DNA of 64,000 nucleotides, taken from contig CAXKVF010000073.1 in NCBI GenBank assembly GCA_964057225.1, forward strand, positions 992,001-1,056,000. Direction: 5' to 3'. Positions 58,434-64,000 of this stretch are shown piece after piece. Under the pieces are notes generated by a model. The model saw nothing but the letters and a program-made list of their open reading frames with translations. It was not told the origin of the DNA and ran no database searches. How positions within the stretch are numbered: position 1 is the first letter of the stretch; each line of letters starts with the position of its first letter. A program made the position numbers and the translations under genes. Source of the stretch: Auanema rhodensis. Its lineage: Eukaryota > Animalia > Nematoda.

Positions 58434-61400
58434 TTAGCATAAATTAAAGTTCACGTAAATTTCAAAGTCATGGTTACCATGAACCAATATCAATAAAAAT
58501 TTGTTTTTAGACTAATATGGACATGGGGAATCTAATTTTGAAAACCGCATCTCTTTATCTTTCACGTCAAGCGAGTTACATACCAAGTGCACATCACGTG
58601 TACATTTAATTAGCATAAATTAAAGTTCACGTAAATTTCAAAGTCAAGGTTACCATGAAGCAATATCAATAAAAATTTGTTTTTAGACTAATATGGACAT
58701 GGGGAATCTAATTTTGAAAACCGCATCTCTTTATCTTTCACGTGAAGCGAGTTACATACCAAGTGCACATCACGTGTACATTTAATTAGCATAAATTAAA
58801 GTTCACGTAAATTTCAAAGTCATGGTTACCATGCACCAATATCAATAAAAATTTGTTTTTAGACTAATATGGACATGGGGAATCTAATTTTGAAAACCGC
58901 ATCTCTTTATCTTTCACGTGAAGCGAGTTACATACCAAGTGCACATCACGTGTACATTTAATTAGCATAAATTAAAGTTCACGTAAATTTCAAAGTCATG
59001 GTTACCATGAACCAATATCAATAAAAATTTGTTTTTAGACTAATATGGACATGGGGAATCTAATTTTGAAAACCGCATCTCTTTATCTTTCACGTGAAGC
59101 GAGTTACATACCAAGTGCACATCACGTGTACATTTAATTAGCATAAATTAAAGTTCACGTAAATTTCAAAGTCATGGTTACCATGAACCAATATCAATAA
59201 AAATTTGTTTTTAGACTAATATGGACATGGGGAATCTAATTTTGAAAACCGCATCTCTTTATCTTTCACGTGAAGCGAGTTACATACCAAGTGCACATCA
59301 CGTGTACATTTAATTAGCATAAATTAAAGTTCACGTAAAATTCAAAGTCATGGTTACCATGCACCAATATCAATAAAAATTTGTTTTTAGAGTAATATGG
59401 ACATGGGGAATCTAATTTTGAAAACCGCATCTCTTTATCTTTCACGTGAAGCGAGTTACATACCAAGTGCACATCACGTGTACATTTAATTAGCATAAAT
59501 TAAAGTTCACGTAAATTTCAAAGTCATGGTTACCATGCACCAATATCAATAAAAATTTGTTTTTAGACTAATATGGACATGGGGAATCTGATTTTGAAAA
59601 CCGCATCTCTTCATCTTTCACGTGAAGCGAGTTACATACCAAGTGCACATCACGTGTACATTTAATTAGCGTAAATTAAAGTTCACGTAAATTTCAAAGT
59701 CATGGTTACCATGAACCAATATCAATAAAAATTTGTTTTTAGACTAATATGGACATGGGGAATCTAATTTTGAAAACCGCATCTCTTTATCTTTCACGTG
59801 AAGCGAGTTACATACCAAGTGCACATCACGTGTACATTTAATTAGCATAAATTAAAGTTCACGTAAATTTCAAAGTCATGGTTACCATGAACCAATATCA
59901 ATAAAAATTTGTTTTTAGACTAATATGGACATGGGGAATCTAATTTTGAAAACCGCATCTCTTTATCTTTCACGTGAAGCGAGTTACATACCAAGTGCAC
60001 ATCACGTGTACATTTAATTAGCATAAATTAAAGTTCACGTAAATTTCAAAGTCATGGTTACCATGAACCAATATCAATAAAAATTTGTTTTTAGACTAAT
60101 ATGGACATGGGGAATCTAATTTTGAAAACCGCATCTCTTTATCTTTCACGTGAAGCGAGTTACATACCAAGTGCACATCACGTGTACATTTAATTAGCAT
60201 AAATTAAAGTTCACGTAAATTTCAAAGTCATGGTTACCATGAAGCAATATCAATAAAAATTTGTTTTTAGACTAATATGGACATGGGGAATTTAATTTTG
60301 AAAACCGCATCTCTTTATCTTTCACGTGAAGCGAGTTACATACCAAGTGCACATCACGTGTACATTTAATTAGCATAAATTAAAGTTCACGTAAATTTCA
60401 AAGTCATGGTTACCATGAACCAATATCAATAAAAATTTATTTTTAGACTAATATGGACATGGGGAATCTAATTTTGAAAACCGCATCTCTTTATCTTTCA
60501 CGTGAAGCGAGTTACATACCAAGTGCACATCACGTGTACATTTAATTAGCATAAATTAAAGTTCACGTAAATTTCAAAGTCATGGTTACCATGAACCAAT
60601 ATCAATAAAAATTTGTTTTTAGACTAATATGGACATGGGGAATCTAATTTTGAAAACCGCATCTCTTTATCTTTCACGTGAAGCGAGTTACATACCAAGT
60701 GCACATCACGTGTACATTTAATTAGCATAAATTAAAGTTCACGTAAATTTCAAAGTCATGGTTACCATGAACCAATATCAATAAAAATTTGTTTTTAGAC
60801 TAATATGGACATGGGAAATCTAATTTTGAAAACCGCATCTCTTTATCTTTCACGTGAAGCGAGTTACATACCAAGTGCACATCACGTGTACATTTAATTA
60901 GCATAAATTAAAGTTCACGTAAATTTCAAAGTCATGGTTACCATGAAGCAATATCAATAAAAATTTGTTTTTAGACTAATATGGACATGGGGAATCTAAT
61001 TTTGAAAACCGCATCTCTTTATCTTTCACGTGAAGCGAGTTACATACCAAGTGCACATCACGTGTACATTTAATTAGCATAAATTAAAGTTCACGTAAAT
61101 TTCAAAGTCATGGTTACCATGAACCAATATCAATAAAAATTTGTTTTTAGACTAATATGGACATGGAGAATCTAATTTTGAAAACCGCATCTCTTTATCT
61201 TTCACGTGAAGCGAGTTACATACCAAGTGCACATCACGTGTACATTTAATTAGCATAAATTAAAGTTCACGTAAATTTCAAAGTCATGGTTACCATGCAC
61301 CAATATCAATAAAAATTTGTTTTTAGACTAATATGGACATGGGGAATCTAATTTTGAAAACCGCATCTCTTTATCTTTCACGTCAAGCGAGTTACATACC

Positions 61401-64000
61401 AAGTGCACATCACGTGTACATTTAATTAGCATAAATTAAAGTTCACGTAAATTTCAAAGTCAAGGTTACCATGAAGCAATATCAATAAAAATTTGTTTTT
61501 AGACTAATATGGACATGGGGAATCTAATTTTGAAAACCGCATCTCTTTATCTTTCACGTGAAGCGAGTTACATACCAAGTGCACATCACGTGTACATTTA
61601 ATTAGCATAAATTAAAGTTCACGTAAATTTCAAAGTCATGGTTACCATGCACCAATATCAATAAAAATTTGTTTTTAGACTAATATGGACATGGGGAATC
61701 TAATTTTGAAAACCGCATCTCTTTATCTTTCACGTGAAGCGAGTTACATACCAAGTGCACATCACGTGTACATTTAATTAGCATAAATTAAAGTTCACGT
61801 AAATTTCAAAGTCATGGTTACCATGAACCAATATCAATAAAAATTTGTTTTTAGACTAATATGGACATGGGGAATCTAATTTTGAAAACCGCATCTCTTT
61901 ATCTTTCACGTGAAGCGAGTTACATACCAAGTGCACATCACGTGTACATTTAATTAGCATAAATTAAAGTTCACGTAAATTTCAAAGTCATGGTTACCAT
62001 GAACCAATATCAATAAAAATTTGTTTTTAGACTAATATGGACATGGGGAATCTAATTTTGAAAACCGCATCTCTTTATCTTTCACGTGAAGCGAGTTACA
62101 TACCAAGTGCACATCACGTGTACATTTAATTAGCATAAATTAAAGTTCACGTAAAATTCAAAGTCATGGTTACCATGCACCAATATCAATAAAAATTTGT
62201 TTTTAGAGTAATATGGACATGGGGAATCTAATTTTGAAAACCGCATCTCTTTATCTTTCACGTGAAGCGAGTTACATACCAAGTGCACATCACGTGTACA
62301 TTTAATTAGCATAAATTAAAGTTCACGTAAATTTCAAAGTCATGGTTACCATGCACCAATATCAATAAAAATTTGTTTTTAGACTAATATGGACATGGGG
62401 AATCTAATTTTGAAAACCGCATCTCTTCATCTTTCACGTGAAGCGAGTTACATACCAAGTGCACATCACGTGTACATTTAATTAGCGTAAATTAAAGTTC
62501 ACGTAAATTTCAAAGTCATGGTTACCATGAACCAATATCAATAAAAATTTGTTTTTAGACTAATATGGACATGGGGAATCTAATTTTGAAAACCGCATCT
62601 CTTTATCTTTCACGTGAAGCGAGTTACATACCAAGTGCACATCACGTGTACATTTAATTAGCATAAATTAAAGTTCACGTAAATTTCAAAGTCATGGTTA
62701 CCATGAACCAATATCAATAAAAATTTGTTTTTAGACTAATATGGACATGGGGAATCTAATTTTGAAAACCGCATCTCTTTATCTTTCACGTGAAGCGAGT
62801 TACATACCAAGTGCACATCACGTGTACATTTAATTAGCATAAATTAAAGTTCACGTAAATTTCAAAGTCATGGTTACCATGAACCAATATCAATAAAAAT
62901 TTGTTTTTAGACTAATATGGACATGGGGAATCTAATTTTGAAAACCGCATCTCTTTATCTTTCACGTGAAGCGAGTTACATACCAAGTGCACATCACGTG
63001 TACATTTAATTAGCATAAATTAAAGTTCACGTAAATTTCAAAGTCATGGTTACCATGAAGCAATATCAATAAAAATTTGTTTTTAGACTAATATGGACAT
63101 GGGGAATTTAATTTTGAAAACCGCATCTCTTTATCTTTCACGTGAAGCGAGTTACATACCAAGTGCACATCACGTGTACATTTAATTAGCATAAATTAAA
63201 GTTCACGTAAATTTCAAAGTCATGGTTACCATGAACCAATATCAATAAAAATTTATTTTTAGACTAATATGGACATGGGGAATCTAATTTTGAAAACCGC
63301 ATCTCTTTATCTTTCACGTGAAGCGAGTTACATACCAAGTGCACATCACGTGTACATTTAATTAGCATAAATTAAAGTTCACGTAAATTTCAAAGTCATG
63401 GTTACCATGAACCAATATCAATAAAAATTTGTTTTTAGACTAATATGGACATGGGGAATCTAATTTTGAAAACCGCATCTCTTTATCTTTCACGTGAAGC
63501 GAGTTACATACCAAGTGCACATCACGTGTACATTTAATTAGCATAAATTAAAGTTCACGTAAATTTCAAAGTCATGGTTACCATGAACCAATATCAATAA
63601 AAATTTGTTTTTAGACTAATATGGACATGGGAAATCTAATTTTGAAAACCGCATCTCTTTATCTTTCACGTGAAGCGAGTTACATACCAAGTGCACATCA
63701 CGTGTACATTTAATTAGCATAAATTAAAGTTCACGTAAATTTCAAAGTCATGGTTACCATGAAGCAATATCAATAAAAATTTGTTTTTAGACTAATATGG
63801 ACATGGGGAATCTAATTTTGAAAACCGCATCTCTTTATCTTTCACGTGAAGCGAGTTACATACCAAGTGCACATCACGTGTACATTTAATTAGCATAAAT
63901 TAAAGTTCACGTAAATTTCAAAGTCATGGTTACCATGAACCAATATCAATAAAAATTTGTTTTTAGACTAATATGGACATGGAGAATCTAATTTTGAAAA
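58434..64000. repeat. 16-mer HOR (2816 bp x~2, runs off the window end)
   Basis: Offset 2816 pairs: CACGTC 58568/61384, TCAAGG 58647/61463, C79G 59392/62208, AGCGTA 59671/62487, C99T 60292/63108, G70A 60439/63255, G95A 60816/63632, G94A 61167/63983. Confidence 0.95.

Larger units (their letters stand above)
1..64000. repeat. 176-bp tandem satellite DNA array (~363.6 copies), probably centromeric or pericentromeric
   Basis: TTAGCATAAA recurs at 1, 177, 881, 2641, 5281 and onward with exact period 176; phase shifts by +1 after ~34588. Consensus has 56/176 G+C. No non-satellite sequence or inversion seen. The centromeric assignment is inference from monomer size and homogeneity only. Confidence 0.99.

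Noticed and set aside
59314-59496. 60-aa minus-strand ORF (MLIKCTRDVH...)
   Set aside because: It is satellite sequence. C79G at 59392 removes the TAG stop that truncates this frame in other monomers. There is no gene context or recognisable domain.
62130-62312. Identical 60-aa ORF
   Set aside because: Copy of the same SNP (62208) via the 2816-bp 16-mer duplication, not evidence of protein conservation.
1-64000. CRISPR array or other repeat-spacer system
   Set aside because: There are no unique spacers: the entire 176 bp repeats, and no cas or other genes are present.

Overview
The whole 64 kb window is one uninterrupted head-to-tail tandem satellite array of a 176-bp, ~32% GC monomer: 363 full copies plus a 111-bp partial copy, all in one orientation. 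Consensus: TTAGCATAAATTAAAGTTCACGTAAATTTCAAAGTCATGGTTACCATGAACCAATATCAATAAAAATTTGTTTTTAGACTAATATGGACATGGGGAATCTAATTTTGAAAACCGCATCTCTTTATCTTTCACGTGAAGCGAGTTACATACCAAGTGCACATCACGTGTACATTTAA. Monomers differ from consensus by only 0-5 substitutions, and I found a single indel (+T at ~34588). Length, homogeneity and AT content fit a eukaryotic centromeric or pericentromeric satellite, but I cannot name the family or organism. I see no genes, RNA genes, transposons or CRISPR array. The two ORFs are by-products of one stop-removing SNP copied by a 16-monomer duplication. The informative signal is in the point variants, which show a mosaic of local, mostly two-copy higher-order repeats (2, 3, 5, 7, 8, 10, 11, 14, 16, 18, 20 and 22 monomers). 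One is a nested 7-mer inside a 22-mer whose order of events can be read directly. The monomer is also dense in dyad symmetries and has three TCACGT motifs at 32-33 bp spacing. I cannot support a novel gene system here. Variants were read by eye, so HOR boundaries are good to about one monomer. Variant names use monomer coordinates (e.g. A49C); monomer n starts at 176(n-1)+1, plus 1 after position 34588.
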